Source of the DNA: a virus
Lineage: Duplodnaviria; Caudoviricetes
Direction: 5' to 3' (one strand)
Length of the DNA: 64,000 nucleotides
IMG/VR virus record: IMGVR_UViG_3300021431_000003
Location: 96,001 to 160,000 of that record
Translations under genes and position numbers: made by a program
Notes under the pieces: generated by a model
Told to the model about the DNA's origin: nothing
Database searches by the model: none
Seen by the model: only the letters and a program-made list of their open reading frames with translations
In this document: piece by piece, positions 1 to 9,900 of the stretch
How positions within the stretch are numbered: position 1 is the stretch's first letter
How the letters are laid out: the number at the start of each line of letters is the position of its first letter

Positions 1-69
1 AATAGAAGGTAATACAACATTTATTACCTTACTATTTTTATTATATTGTTAGAATTATCTGTGATGAAA

Positions 70-1110
70 TTAGAATAGGTCATTATAATCGCTAGATATA
101 TTAGTAGATTCTTCTTGATAATCAGACATACTACTATCCGATACATCAAGCGATTGAACTTGGTTTGTATCATCGGGTTCTACAGGTACACCCTTTTCAT
201 CTTCTTCATTTTCTTCTTCTTTTTCAGCGTTACTTTTTCCACCATTTACGTTAGGAATATTATCAATGATATCAGCAATAGCATTTAAAGTAGCAATACA
301 TTGCTGATAGATAATATTATTCTCAATATAAGTTCTAGTAGAGTATGCAACAGTGATATTATAGTCAATCATTTCTCTAAGTTCAAGTAACTTCTCTGTT
401 ACAAACTTAAGAATATTAATATTATCATTAGATTTAGGAATGTCATTAATACGAACAAGTGTAGAACCGATAATAGAATATACTTCAATAAACTGATTCT
501 TTAACTCATGATTCTTAATAGCAATTTGTTCAGGAGTAAGAGAAGAGAATAATTCATCTTCAATTTTATTTAAATCATAATCTTCTCCATCTTCAGAGCC
601 TTCTTCACTAGTGTCATCAGTAGTTTCTTCACTACCTTCTTCACCAGTATCATCTCCACCTTCTCCTCCATCGCTGTCGTCCATGAAGTTATCAGATTCA
701 CCAGCACCTACATCATCTGTATCATCACCAGAACCATCGTCTGTGTCAGTATCATCTCCACCTTCTCCGTCATCCATGAAATTATCGGATTCACCAGCAC
801 CTACATCATCTGTATCATCAGTAGTTGTAGTGGTATCATCTCCATCACTAGAATCATCATCCATGAAATTATCGGATTCACCAGCACCTACGTCATCTAC
901 ATCATCAGTAGTATCATCTGCTGGAGGTGTAGTATCGCCAGCATTATCATCTGGAGCTGGAGTAGAAGAATCATCATTAGTACTTCCAGAATCATCCATG
1001 AAATTGTCGTTATCATCATCGTCGTTTTCGTTGTCAATTTGTTGACCACCGACATTGATTTCATTAACAACAGAACGCATCAGATTTCTATACTTATCTC
1101 TGTAATCCAT
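70..1110 (-). CDS. Highly acidic putative virion/head-assembly protein with repeated DDVGAGESDNFMDD motif
   Basis: 346-aa ORF, GGAGG RBS upstream, D/E-rich disordered N-half, helical C-terminal domain; downstream of a late-type promoter (3763-3774). Confidence 0.6.
   Translation of the reverse strand: MDYRDKYRNLMRSVVNEINVGGQQIDNENDDDDNDNFMDDSGSTNDDSSTPAPDDNAGDTTPPADDTTDDVDDVGAGESDNFMDDDSSDGDDTTTTTDDTDDVGAGESDNFMDDGEGGDDTDTDDGSGDDTDDVGAGESDNFMDDSDGGEGGDDTGEEGSEETTDDTSEEGSEDGEDYDLNKIEDELFSSLTPEQIAIKNHELKNQFIEVYSIIGSTLVRINDIPKSNDNINILKFVTEKLLELREMIDYNITVAYSTRTYIENNIIYQQCIATLNAIADIIDNIPNVNGGKSNAEKEEENEEDEKGVPVEPDDTNQVQSLDVSDSSMSDYQEESTNISSDYNDLF
680..1011 (-). repeat. Intragenic repeat: three near-identical 32-nt copies (680, 773, 860) and one partial copy (995) encoding VGAGESDNFMD
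   Basis: tccatgaa(g/a)ttatc(a/g)gattcaccagcacctac seen three times. Confidence 0.9.
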
Positions 1111-1124
1111 ATACTCACCTCCAA

Positions 1125-3731
1125 TTACTCATCTTTATCAAGTTTCTTACCAATCTTATCTGGCATATCATATTGTTTCTTTCCTTTAAATACATAATTC
1201 TTGTTATAAAGAATTCTAGCACGTTGTCTTTCAAGGTCACGTTTAGTCTTCATGATTTCTCTTACTGCAGTTAAATCTTCTTTATCTTCTGCAATCTTAA
1301 GATACTTATCACACATCTTAATCTCAATATCAATATCATCAAGAATTAAATTACGTTCTTTTTCATTAATAACTTTAGAGCATCCAATAAAACCAATAAG
1401 TCCAATTACTGCAAGTACTGGATTAATTAGATATGCTGCACCAGATGCAAGAGCAATATGAATACATTTAGATGCAGATGGTAAGAAAGACCCTCTGATA
1501 ATACTCTCTCTACTATCACTAATCATAGCTCTCTTGGCAGCCTTCATAGTACGATTAAGTTCACTATCAAGCTTCATAGATAATTGTTTATCTTTATCTT
1601 TGAGCTTAAGAGCAGTACGTCTTAGATTTTCAGAAGCAATCTTAAGCTTACTGGTAAACGACATACCAGAACCTTCTTTAGCTTCATTAATAGCAGAATT
1701 CTTATATCTAGTAACAAGTTCAAGAGTATCATTCATAATATCATGTTTACACTTAAGCTGTTCATACATAATATCTATTGGAGGAATTGTGTCATCATTA
1801 TTTACATAAGTACCCTCTAATAGATTATCATATTTCATCTTTTCTACATCACTAATACATGTTCTAATAGCATCAGCTCTTTGAACAGCACCGAGATAAG
1901 AACCTGAATAAGAATGTCTAGAACATGCTAATTCATCCTCTAGAATATTTATATATCTAGGGCAATCAAATACTTCATTACAAAGTTTAACAGCTTCAGT
2001 AATATTATAAATATCCTCATTAGACATACTACTAATATTATTATTAATAGTAGACATCAGTTCAGCCTTAGTAAAGTCAAGTTGTTCATATAGAGTTGCA
2101 AGCATACCTACATATTTAACAGATTCTTCAAAATCAAAGTCCATATCAAAATCGAAATTAAAGTCATCATCATCCATAGATGCTTCGGCTTCTTTAGCCC
2201 ATTTCTCTTCCATACGCTTATCATTTTCTGCATCTGTATATAGGTCATTCTCTTTCATCTCAAGTGTATCTGTATCTTTCTTATACTGCTTATATAATGC
2301 AGTATACTTTTCTTTTTTCTTTTCATCTTCTGTTTCATCAGCAAGCTTTTTATACTTATCTCGTTCTTTAGCATATTGCTCAACAACCTTAGCCATTTGT
2401 TCTCTAGATATCTTCATCTTTAAGAATAGGTCTGTAATAAGAGTAATAACACCTAATACAGGATTTATAGCAGTAGCTCCTAATACGGCACCTAGTCTTA
2501 CAAATTGCATAATATCTGGAAGTTCTTGAATAATAGCTTCTGGTCGTTGTACAAAGATTCTATTAATAGCATCTTTAAACTTATTGATATCCTTTTTGTG
2601 TTCTTTCTTGAAGTCATGAATAATCTTTTTGATTTTCATTTTGTCAACTTCATCTTTTTCTTTATTAGTCTTAACTCTCTTTTCTTTCCACTTTAAGAAC
2701 ATGTCATGAATCTTATTTTCTTCAAGAGATTCTAAATCATCATTTTCTAAAGCTTCAATAATAGCACCTTCATCTACCAATAGATAAGATACAGGTTCGA
2801 TATCTTCTTCTGTAAAGAATTTAGCATTCTCAAGAATGTACTTCATATCATGAAGTCTTTCATCTGTAGATTCTTCCATCAAAAAATAATCAGTTACAGA
2901 TTCAATAATAAATGAATTCTTCACAGGAATACAGTTTTTAGTCATTAGATACATAATATTCTCTAATGCAATATTGTACTTAACTCCAAAAGGAATATCA
3001 TAGCTTTCAATAAGAGTACATATATCATATATACACTTTTGAAGAGATACTTCATTTAACGGACATTTACGAACTCTAGATTCAAGATTATATCTCTTAG
3101 ATAATTTAGCATGATTATTAAGAACTCTATCACATTGTTCATTAACCCAAGCTGCTTGAATGAATCTATTATAACACTCCTCAGCAACTTCTTCTTTATT
3201 ATCTTGAGATTGTTCTTCATCGTTACCAGAATTAGTATTCTTAACCTCTCCCATTTTACGACCATAAATATCACGTTTATATTTTCTGTGTGGATGTAAT
3301 GAGTTACCTAGATAACCACCATTAGCTTTAGCTCTTTGAACTGCAGTTTCATTATCTTTAGTATCATTAAGCATAGCAGTATGTCTATGCTTAATCCAAC
3401 CACGTTTATAATTATTTAATTGTCTTGTCTGTTTAGCATTACGTAATTTAGGAATAATCTTTCCCTCAATTAGACTAGCAGCATTTTCGATATTAGAATC
3501 TGTATCATTATCTACAATCATTCCAAATACTTCTAATACTTTAGTCAATGCTTCTTCTTCATTGTTTGATAAGGCTTGCCAATTTTCTAATACCATCTTA
3601 GCTTTATTATATGAGTAATTTTCAGATAGTGTCTCATATACATGCGATATATTGCAATTGATATTAGATACGTAAGAATCTGTAATTAGATTTCTTTGGC
3701 GAGCGATAATATCCTTATGTGTAAGATTCAT
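1125..3731 (-). CDS. Large putative virion (internal head) protein
   Basis: 868-aa ORF, AAGGAGG RBS, late-type promoter; two hydrophobic 'INPVL(G/A)VI' segments each followed by coiled coil. Confidence 0.55.
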   Translation of the reverse strand: MNLTHKDIIARQRNLITDSYVSNINCNISHVYETLSENYSYNKAKMVLENWQALSNNEEEALTKVLEVFGMIVDNDTDSNIENAASLIEGKIIPKLRNAKQTRQLNNYKRGWIKHRHTAMLNDTKDNETAVQRAKANGGYLGNSLHPHRKYKRDIYGRKMGEVKNTNSGNDEEQSQDNKEEVAEECYNRFIQAAWVNEQCDRVLNNHAKLSKRYNLESRVRKCPLNEVSLQKCIYDICTLIESYDIPFGVKYNIALENIMYLMTKNCIPVKNSFIIESVTDYFLMEESTDERLHDMKYILENAKFFTEEDIEPVSYLLVDEGAIIEALENDDLESLEENKIHDMFLKWKEKRVKTNKEKDEVDKMKIKKIIHDFKKEHKKDINKFKDAINRIFVQRPEAIIQELPDIMQFVRLGAVLGATAINPVLGVITLITDLFLKMKISREQMAKVVEQYAKERDKYKKLADETEDEKKKEKYTALYKQYKKDTDTLEMKENDLYTDAENDKRMEEKWAKEAEASMDDDDFNFDFDMDFDFEESVKYVGMLATLYEQLDFTKAELMSTINNNISSMSNEDIYNITEAVKLCNEVFDCPRYINILEDELACSRHSYSGSYLGAVQRADAIRTCISDVEKMKYDNLLEGTYVNNDDTIPPIDIMYEQLKCKHDIMNDTLELVTRYKNSAINEAKEGSGMSFTSKLKIASENLRRTALKLKDKDKQLSMKLDSELNRTMKAAKRAMISDSRESIIRGSFLPSASKCIHIALASGAAYLINPVLAVIGLIGFIGCSKVINEKERNLILDDIDIEIKMCDKYLKIAEDKEDLTAVREIMKTKRDLERQRARILYNKNYVFKGKKQYDMPDKIGKKLDKDE

Positions 3732-3775
3732 ATTATATTGACCTCCTTTTCACAAGTGATTTTATATAAAAGTTC

Positions 3776-5077
3776 TTAATACACCCTGTTTGGGTCACTA
3801 GGAAGTACTTTATCAGATGTACCTCCATAGCTTTCTACTCTTAGACTATTTAAGTATTCTAGGTCAATATAAATTGCAATTGTAGATATTAATTTATCAG
3901 TAGGATTATCAGCATGTAATAGCATATCATCCCAATTAATATCAGTATCAAGTTTCATTCCACCACTATATAATTGTACATCAATGAATACAGATGGAGA
4001 AATAAACTTACTTACAAGATAATTAGAGATTTGAGATAACTCACCGTCGAAGAGTTCATTTAAATCAATGTCAATACTACCAGGTTTTTCTTCTTCCCAT
4101 TGTGCGTTAATAGTAAGCTTCCAACCTCTTGTATTGATTGGAGGTGGGTCATCATAATAATGCAGAGACATCATAAGAGTATTATCAATATTATATACTT
4201 CATCACCAAAAGTAATCTTTGTGAGTTCTTCTTTAGTAAAGTATACATATAATTGCATAGAAGGGAATCTTACTTCTACTTGCATTTCAATACCGAAGTC
4301 ATCTGATACATGACCGTATTTATTACCATCATCTTTAGTTACATCTTTAATTAAAAGACGCACTGGAATATGGTCTACTCTTACAAAGTATTCTTCACGA
4401 GCATTTACATTTGAACGTTTATACGTGATTGGAATATAAGAACGGCTATTTAAATAAGTAAGAAACTTAATAGGTTCTACAATTCTATCATCTTTAATTT
4501 CAAATCCTAAATCTCTTGCAATGAATAACATCATTGGATATGGTAATACATAATCTAAATCTACATCGTTAGATTCAGATAAGTTTGTTCTAAAAGCAAG
4601 CTTCATATATTTTTGAATATCGAGTTGCATTGCTCTAGATGGTACTTTAATTCTATAAGTGAAATTAAGAAGCATCATATCCATCTTCATTAAGATATAA
4701 CGCTGATTTATCGGGTCTTGAAAGAATGCCTTATCAATCTTAGTAGTATTAATAAACTGGTCGATACCAAATAAATTTTGGTCAAGTCTATCTCTATTAT
4801 AATCATCATCTATAGTAGGGATGATTGTTAGAGAAGCTTTATCGTCAGACGTATGAGACATAATAGTACCCTTATCTAATTTAGCTATTTCACCAAATAC
4901 ATGACTACCATCAGTATGAATCCAAGAAAAAAAGTCATCTTTAAACTTTTGTAAGAACCAATGTCTCATATATTCAATACATAACGCATAGCTTTGATGT
5001 AAAGGAGCAACAGTAATATTCTTATTAAGTTGCATTTCTCTCTTTACATCTTCCACACGTATTTCTCTATAAGCCAT
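3776..5077 (-). CDS. Putative virion structural protein (possibly tail terminator/neck-type)
   Basis: 433-aa ORF, AAGGAGG RBS; function guessed from context and a weak resemblance only. Confidence 0.4.
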   Translation of the reverse strand: MAYREIRVEDVKREMQLNKNITVAPLHQSYALCIEYMRHWFLQKFKDDFFSWIHTDGSHVFGEIAKLDKGTIMSHTSDDKASLTIIPTIDDDYNRDRLDQNLFGIDQFINTTKIDKAFFQDPINQRYILMKMDMMLLNFTYRIKVPSRAMQLDIQKYMKLAFRTNLSESNDVDLDYVLPYPMMLFIARDLGFEIKDDRIVEPIKFLTYLNSRSYIPITYKRSNVNAREEYFVRVDHIPVRLLIKDVTKDDGNKYGHVSDDFGIEMQVEVRFPSMQLYVYFTKEELTKITFGDEVYNIDNTLMMSLHYYDDPPPINTRGWKLTINAQWEEEKPGSIDIDLNELFDGELSQISNYLVSKFISPSVFIDVQLYSGGMKLDTDINWDDMLLHADNPTDKLISTIAIYIDLEYLNSLRVESYGGTSDKVLPSDPNRVY

Positions 5078-5100
5078 ACTATCCCTCCTTTACAAAAAAG

Positions 5101-5122
5101 AATGAGCCGTGATAGGCTCATT
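5101..5122 (-). terminator. Intrinsic terminator hairpin
   Basis: aatgagcc-gtgata-ggctcatt with flanking A-tract (U-tract on minus strand). Confidence 0.6.
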
Positions 5123-5132
5123 CTTTATTTTC

Positions 5133-5480
5133 TCATTCTGTAGTATCAGGTTCAGACAGAAGAATATAAGGCGAGGTGTGTTCCAAATATTTATAATAAT
5201 TAAGAACTCCACCCTGAAATGGTTCAGTCATTACATTCAACTGTTCATCAATCTTACTCCCTTCTGCCCTAAACCAGTAATATACTCGTCCTGGGATTCT
5301 ACTGCTAGTATCAACTGCAGCAACTACGACTGGGATAATTGCATAGAAATCTGATTCATTATCCACTAAACCAGTATCTAAGATAAAGCATTTATCTCCA
5401 ATCTTAAGATTTTTGGGTTCATCGCAGACATTCTTATTATTAAAGAAGTCCTGTGCAAGTGTTTCGATTCCATTTAACAT
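5133..5480 (-). CDS. Hypothetical protein (early-type promoter)
   Basis: Start moved to ATG at 5480 (MLNGIET...) after AAAGGA RBS; early motif at 5520-5534. Confidence 0.6.
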   Translation of the reverse strand: MLNGIETLAQDFFNNKNVCDEPKNLKIGDKCFILDTGLVDNESDFYAIIPVVVAAVDTSSRIPGRVYYWFRAEGSKIDEQLNVMTEPFQGGVLNYYKYLEHTSPYILLSEPDTTE

Positions 5481-5537
5481 GATAAATCGTCCTTTCTTAT
5501 ATAAGATATGACTATTAGTCATATTTATTATATACAA

Positions 5538-6485
5538 TTAGAAACGATTTATCTGGTCTCCGATAACTACAACCTTCCAAGACTGACCAATATTAGTATT
5601 AGATGCAATACCAGTACCAAAGTCAATACTTGTATCATCTAACAATCCTCTATCTGGTCTTGGATAATTAGGAACTGGCATACCAGTAGATGTATCAATA
5701 ACATCAAACATCTTATCACCAGTATTAGGGTCATATACCACAACAGTTTCGATATTAGGATTATCTCCTAAAATCATACGATTCTGCTCTGGTGTGAGAT
5801 TACTCATGAAGTTATTAAAGTTCTGCTCTTCATTTGCTGGTACTGCATTCATACCAGACATAAGAGCACCCATATTACCAGCTACATTAGCAGAAGTATA
5901 CTGAAGTGCTGGATGTTGTGCTGCTCCGATAGGTGTATTAATATATGCATTATAAAGATCTGCAATATATTTATCATCATCTTGCTGATTTGCTGCAGCA
6001 GATTTAATGTCTTTAATTCTACGAATTTCAAGTTCATGGCACTTTGTCTTTACAGCGTTAATTTCCTTAATAGCAGAAATCTTAGAAGAGACAAGAGAAC
6101 TTGCTGTAGCACAAAGATCGGAGATATACTTGTACTTACCTTTTAAAGTCTTACTTCCTCTGATATGGTCAATCTCTCCTTTAACATCACCAGCAAGAAT
6201 ATCAAGCTGAGCGATAGATACTCTGAGCATATCATTAGTCTCTTCATATGTATCTTCGTATGGTTCATTAGTCTGACACAAAGGTAAACCAGAAGAATTA
6301 CTATTAGATTGAACTACTGTAACTTCTCCTCCATTTTGTTCAGACTTTCTAGGTCTTCCTCTTTTCCTTTTAGGTGGTTCTGCAATTGGATTTTCTACAA
6401 CGGGAGCAATTGCATTCTGAGTATCATTATCTTCTGGAATCTTAGCTCCTCTAGCTAAGACCTCCATATCTAAAAAGCTCTTCAT
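5538..6485 (-). CDS. Hypothetical protein with AT-hook-like motif and coiled coil
   Basis: 315-aa ORF, AAGGAGG RBS, PPKRKRGRPRKS motif; late promoter at 6513-6524. Confidence 0.6.
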   Translation of the reverse strand: MKSFLDMEVLARGAKIPEDNDTQNAIAPVVENPIAEPPKRKRGRPRKSEQNGGEVTVVQSNSNSSGLPLCQTNEPYEDTYEETNDMLRVSIAQLDILAGDVKGEIDHIRGSKTLKGKYKYISDLCATASSLVSSKISAIKEINAVKTKCHELEIRRIKDIKSAAANQQDDDKYIADLYNAYINTPIGAAQHPALQYTSANVAGNMGALMSGMNAVPANEEQNFNNFMSNLTPEQNRMILGDNPNIETVVVYDPNTGDKMFDVIDTSTGMPVPNYPRPDRGLLDDTSIDFGTGIASNTNIGQSWKVVVIGDQINRF

Positions 6486-6563
6486 ATTGATTTCCTCCTT
6501 CTATGAGCATTTTATAGAAATGTTTTTGACATAAATGCTTAATAGGGTATGTTAACATTTAGA

Positions 6564-6698
6564 TAAGATGGTATTTAGGCCTCCATTTATACCATCTTAC
6601 GGTTGAAGGGCATGAATGATTTCCTCTTTGATGCATTGTTTATTCCTCTGAGAAGTCCTCCATGGTATCGGGGCCATGGAGGACAAACTTTATTTTTT
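6564..6698 (+). ncRNA. Candidate small structured RNA
   Basis: Own AACA-N6-TA promoter (6554-6565), 11-bp 5' stem with GCCUCC loop, 11-bp GC-rich 3' hairpin then U-rich tract; no convincing ORF. Confidence 0.45.
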
Positions 6699-6771
6699 AT
6701 ACTAGAAGAAACAAATATATAAATGACTCAGATAACGTAATACGTAAGCTGAAGAATTGGAGGTTTTATAT

Positions 6772-8820
6772 ATGAAAAAATTCGATAATGATTTGTTGAT
6801 TGGTAATTATCCTCCTGGATATGACTTAGCATTGTTTAATACAATCTATCATTATCCACAGAAGGATAATAATGGAAAATGGAGACCTGGAGTAATTGAC
6901 CTTATTATTAAAGATAATGAAACAGGAGAGAAGTTTCTTGAAACTATTGTAGACCCGTTATATGAGTATTATATGCTTAAACCAGATGTAATGGTACCGA
7001 GTTACAATCTTGAATATGCAATGATAGATGACTGTAAGTGTATATTAGCACCTTATGGTCAACTTCAGAAAGATATTGCTGAACGTCTTGGAGAGCTTGA
7101 TAAGTTTTGGGAAAATATTCGTAACGGTAATAGAGAAGCAAATAAACGTTTGTGTAATTATCATCCTGCAGTATTAATGTCTGATATGGATATTGAAGAT
7201 AATATTCGTTTTCAGTTCTCACACACTTATGCTAATACGTATAAGAAAGCTTCGAAGTCTTATCTGGATATTGAGGCAGATACAATTCATTGTAAAGGTG
7301 ACTTTGTAGAGATGGGTGAGTGTCCGATTAATGCGGTATCATTTATTGATGACCAGTCATTAGTTATTCATTCATTCTTGTTGAGAAATGATGAGAATCC
7401 ATTGATTACAGAATTTGAAAAGATGGCTAATACACCAACAATGGAAAGTGAATTAAAGTCATTTTTAATAGATGCAGTTGGTGGTCCAGCTAATGCTGAT
7501 AAGTATAAAGTAAATCAGATGAGAGTACAATTCCATTTCTATGATGAGAAAGATGAATTAACAATGCTCAAGCATCTGTTTAATTATATTAATAATCTGA
7601 AACCAGATTTTGTATTGGCTTGGAATATGGCATTCGATATTCCGTATATCATTCAGAGAATCATTAATCTTGGTGCTAATCCAAAAGATATTATGTGTAG
7701 TCCAGATTTCAGATTCAAAGAAGTTAAATACTTCATTGATGAAAGAAACGAATTCAATTATGAAGAACGTAATGACTTTGCGAAGATTAGTTCTTATTCT
7801 GTATATCTTGACCAAATGATTCATTTTGCATCTAGAAGAAAAGGACGAGCAGCATTACCGTCTTATAGATTGGATTTCATTGGACAGATGACTTGTGGAG
7901 TTAAGAAACTCGATTATAGTCATATTACTCATAACCTTGCAGAGTTACCTTATAAAGATTATAAGACATTTGTATTCTATAATATCATGGATACAATTGT
8001 ACAGTATTGTATTGAATTCAAATCTGCGGATATTGATTCAGCATATAATAATGTACTTCTGAATAATACACGTTGGAGTAAGATTTATAGACAGACTGTA
8101 TATCTTAAGAATAGACAAGCCATCTTTAATTATAAGAATGGTTTTATTACAGGTAACAATGTAAATGCAAATACACCTAAAGTATCTTTCCCTGGTGCAT
8201 TTGTAGCAGACCCGAAACTCAATAGTGATTATTCAAAGCTTAGAATTAATGGTCGTCCAGTATCTATATATGATAACTTAGACGACTTTGATTATAAAGC
8301 TCTGTATCCGAGTATCACATCCGAATTTAATATGTCTCGTACAACTCTTATTGGTCATCTTACTATACCAGAAAAAGTATATGAATTTGAGAATAGATTT
8401 AATAGAGATGAGATTAAATGGAGAAGAGAAGCTCAGTTTATGGATGATTTACAATCACATAACTGGATTGAATTTTTCCATCGTTGGTTCCATTTTGGCA
8501 GTTATGAAGACATATATGATGATGTAATTGAATACTTTACTAAAGTTAAGTATCCTATGGGTGTATTGACATATCATAATTTTGATGATGTATCTGGTAC
8601 TCCTGAAGAAGATAATCGTAATGTATTTGTTCATTGTTCTACAGCAAGAGATTTACAGATTGTAGATGCTATTGCAAGTAAGAAACTAGATTATATGCAT
8701 CAACCGAGATTTGAGTTTGAAAAGTCTGACTTTAATAACTTTACAGAAATCTTTAATAGTCTTAAGGATGGTTATCTGTATAGTAAACCTAGACAAGTGG
8801 AGGATAGTAACAATGGATAA
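6772..8820 (+). CDS. Family B DNA polymerase, N-terminal subunit of split enzyme (3'-5' exonuclease + motif A)
   Basis: ExoI YLDIEAD, ExoII AWNMAFDIPYI, SYRLDFIG, ExoIII YNIMD, SFPGAFV, motif A DFDYKALYPSI; no KxxxN or DTDS motif; GGAGG RBS before ATG 6772. Confidence 0.9.
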   Translation: MKKFDNDLLIGNYPPGYDLALFNTIYHYPQKDNNGKWRPGVIDLIIKDNETGEKFLETIVDPLYEYYMLKPDVMVPSYNLEYAMIDDCKCILAPYGQLQKDIAERLGELDKFWENIRNGNREANKRLCNYHPAVLMSDMDIEDNIRFQFSHTYANTYKKASKSYLDIEADTIHCKGDFVEMGECPINAVSFIDDQSLVIHSFLLRNDENPLITEFEKMANTPTMESELKSFLIDAVGGPANADKYKVNQMRVQFHFYDEKDELTMLKHLFNYINNLKPDFVLAWNMAFDIPYIIQRIINLGANPKDIMCSPDFRFKEVKYFIDERNEFNYEERNDFAKISSYSVYLDQMIHFASRRKGRAALPSYRLDFIGQMTCGVKKLDYSHITHNLAELPYKDYKTFVFYNIMDTIVQYCIEFKSADIDSAYNNVLLNNTRWSKIYRQTVYLKNRQAIFNYKNGFITGNNVNANTPKVSFPGAFVADPKLNSDYSKLRINGRPVSIYDNLDDFDYKALYPSITSEFNMSRTTLIGHLTIPEKVYEFENRFNRDEIKWRREAQFMDDLQSHNWIEFFHRWFHFGSYEDIYDDVIEYFTKVKYPMGVLTYHNFDDVSGTPEEDNRNVFVHCSTARDLQIVDAIASKKLDYMHQPRFEFEKSDFNNFTEIFNSLKDGYLYSKPRQVEDSNNG

Positions 8821-9418
8821 CAAGGTGGCAATGATATTTGAACAGTATGTAAAAGACCTTAAGATGTCTGCAACCGAACAGTATGTATATGTCGTCAGAG
8901 ATGATTTCTTTGGCGACATAGTCTTTACTGTAAACTCTACAAGTCTAAGTATGATGAAGTGTCCAGAATTATCTGATAAGTATTTTGGTAAGATGATATA
9001 CGCTGATTTCATAAGACAGAAGACTATTGGATTTGAAACAGAGATTGGTATTCTTGATAATAATGACTTCATAACTCTATACAATTGTAAAGAAAGATTT
9101 AACAGAAGTATCAGAATATTGAATCAGTTTAAATTCGATATACAGAGTGCAGATAAGATAAATCAGAAGTATGCATTAAATGAAGAAGAAGACTTCTTTA
9201 ATAATGTATTAACTCGTAAAGCTGATGAAGGTGCAGGAAGATATATCTTCAATGATAATATTATGTATACAGCACCTTGTATGTTTCCAGGTAGTAAAAC
9301 AACTGGTATAGATGTAACTAGTTATTATAAGACTGGTAATGATTATTATATCTCGTTGTTTAATACTCATAAAAAAACTGGTGATGTAATAACACTAATG
9401 AGATTCTTATGTTTATAA
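8813..9418 (+). CDS. Hypothetical protein, overlapping the polymerase stop
   Basis: Start MDNKVA at 8813 after GGAGG RBS. Confidence 0.65.
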   Translation: MDNKVAMIFEQYVKDLKMSATEQYVYVVRDDFFGDIVFTVNSTSLSMMKCPELSDKYFGKMIYADFIRQKTIGFETEIGILDNNDFITLYNCKERFNRSIRILNQFKFDIQSADKINQKYALNEEEDFFNNVLTRKADEGAGRYIFNDNIMYTAPCMFPGSKTTGIDVTSYYKTGNDYYISLFNTHKKTGDVITLMRFLCL

Positions 9419-9421
9419 TAA

Positions 9422-9457
9422 AAAATAATGGGGTCGTTTATTCGACCCCATTATTTT
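9422..9457. terminator. Bidirectional intrinsic terminator
   Basis: aaaataatggggtcg-tttatt-cgaccccattatttt between convergent genes. Confidence 0.8.
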
Positions 9458-9464
9458 GTTGTGT

Positions 9465-9761
9465 TTAGTCTATAGCCCAAATGCATCCATTATATATTAG
9501 AAGCATTTGAATAAACGAATTGCTCATTCTAGAGAATTCTTCGACAAGATTGAATCCTGTCTTCTCTTCGAATTCCATCATAAACTTAGCAGCATCCTCT
9601 GAGTTTATGGTTCCGTACGGATTACCAAGGAGTCTGTATAATATATTCTCCTTGAAAAAATCCGAGAACTCATATATGTTGTTATGTACTACATCATCAA
9701 CATCGAACTCCTTTCCAAAGTACTTGTTTACAGCATTGATAAACTTCTCTGCATCTTTCAT
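9465..9761 (-). CDS. Hypothetical protein (early-type promoter)
   Basis: 98-aa ORF, GGAGG RBS, early motif at 9820-9834. Confidence 0.65.
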   Translation of the reverse strand: MKDAEKFINAVNKYFGKEFDVDDVVHNNIYEFSDFFKENILYRLLGNPYGTINSEDAAKFMMEFEEKTGFNLVEEFSRMSNSFIQMLLIYNGCIWAID

Positions 9762-9861
9762 TTTGATTCCTCCAATTTACAGGTCAAATATTTTATAACT
9801 GTTTTCGGTAACCTGTATTCATATATATTATATATAATCTCTCTTAGTTTTGCACAACCTC

Positions 9862-9873
9862 AACAATTTAGTA
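9862..9873 (+). promoter_or_regulatory. AR9-type late promoter AACA-N6-TA (portal)
   Basis: aacaatttagta; identical 12-mer at 37581 and 52734. Confidence 0.75.
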
Positions 9874-9900
9874 ATACTAATTGAGAAGGAGGTATTCCAA

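Noticed and set aside
611-1045. Ser-rich plus-strand ORF
   Set aside because: Antisense of GAT/GAA-rich codons of the acidic gene; no RBS.
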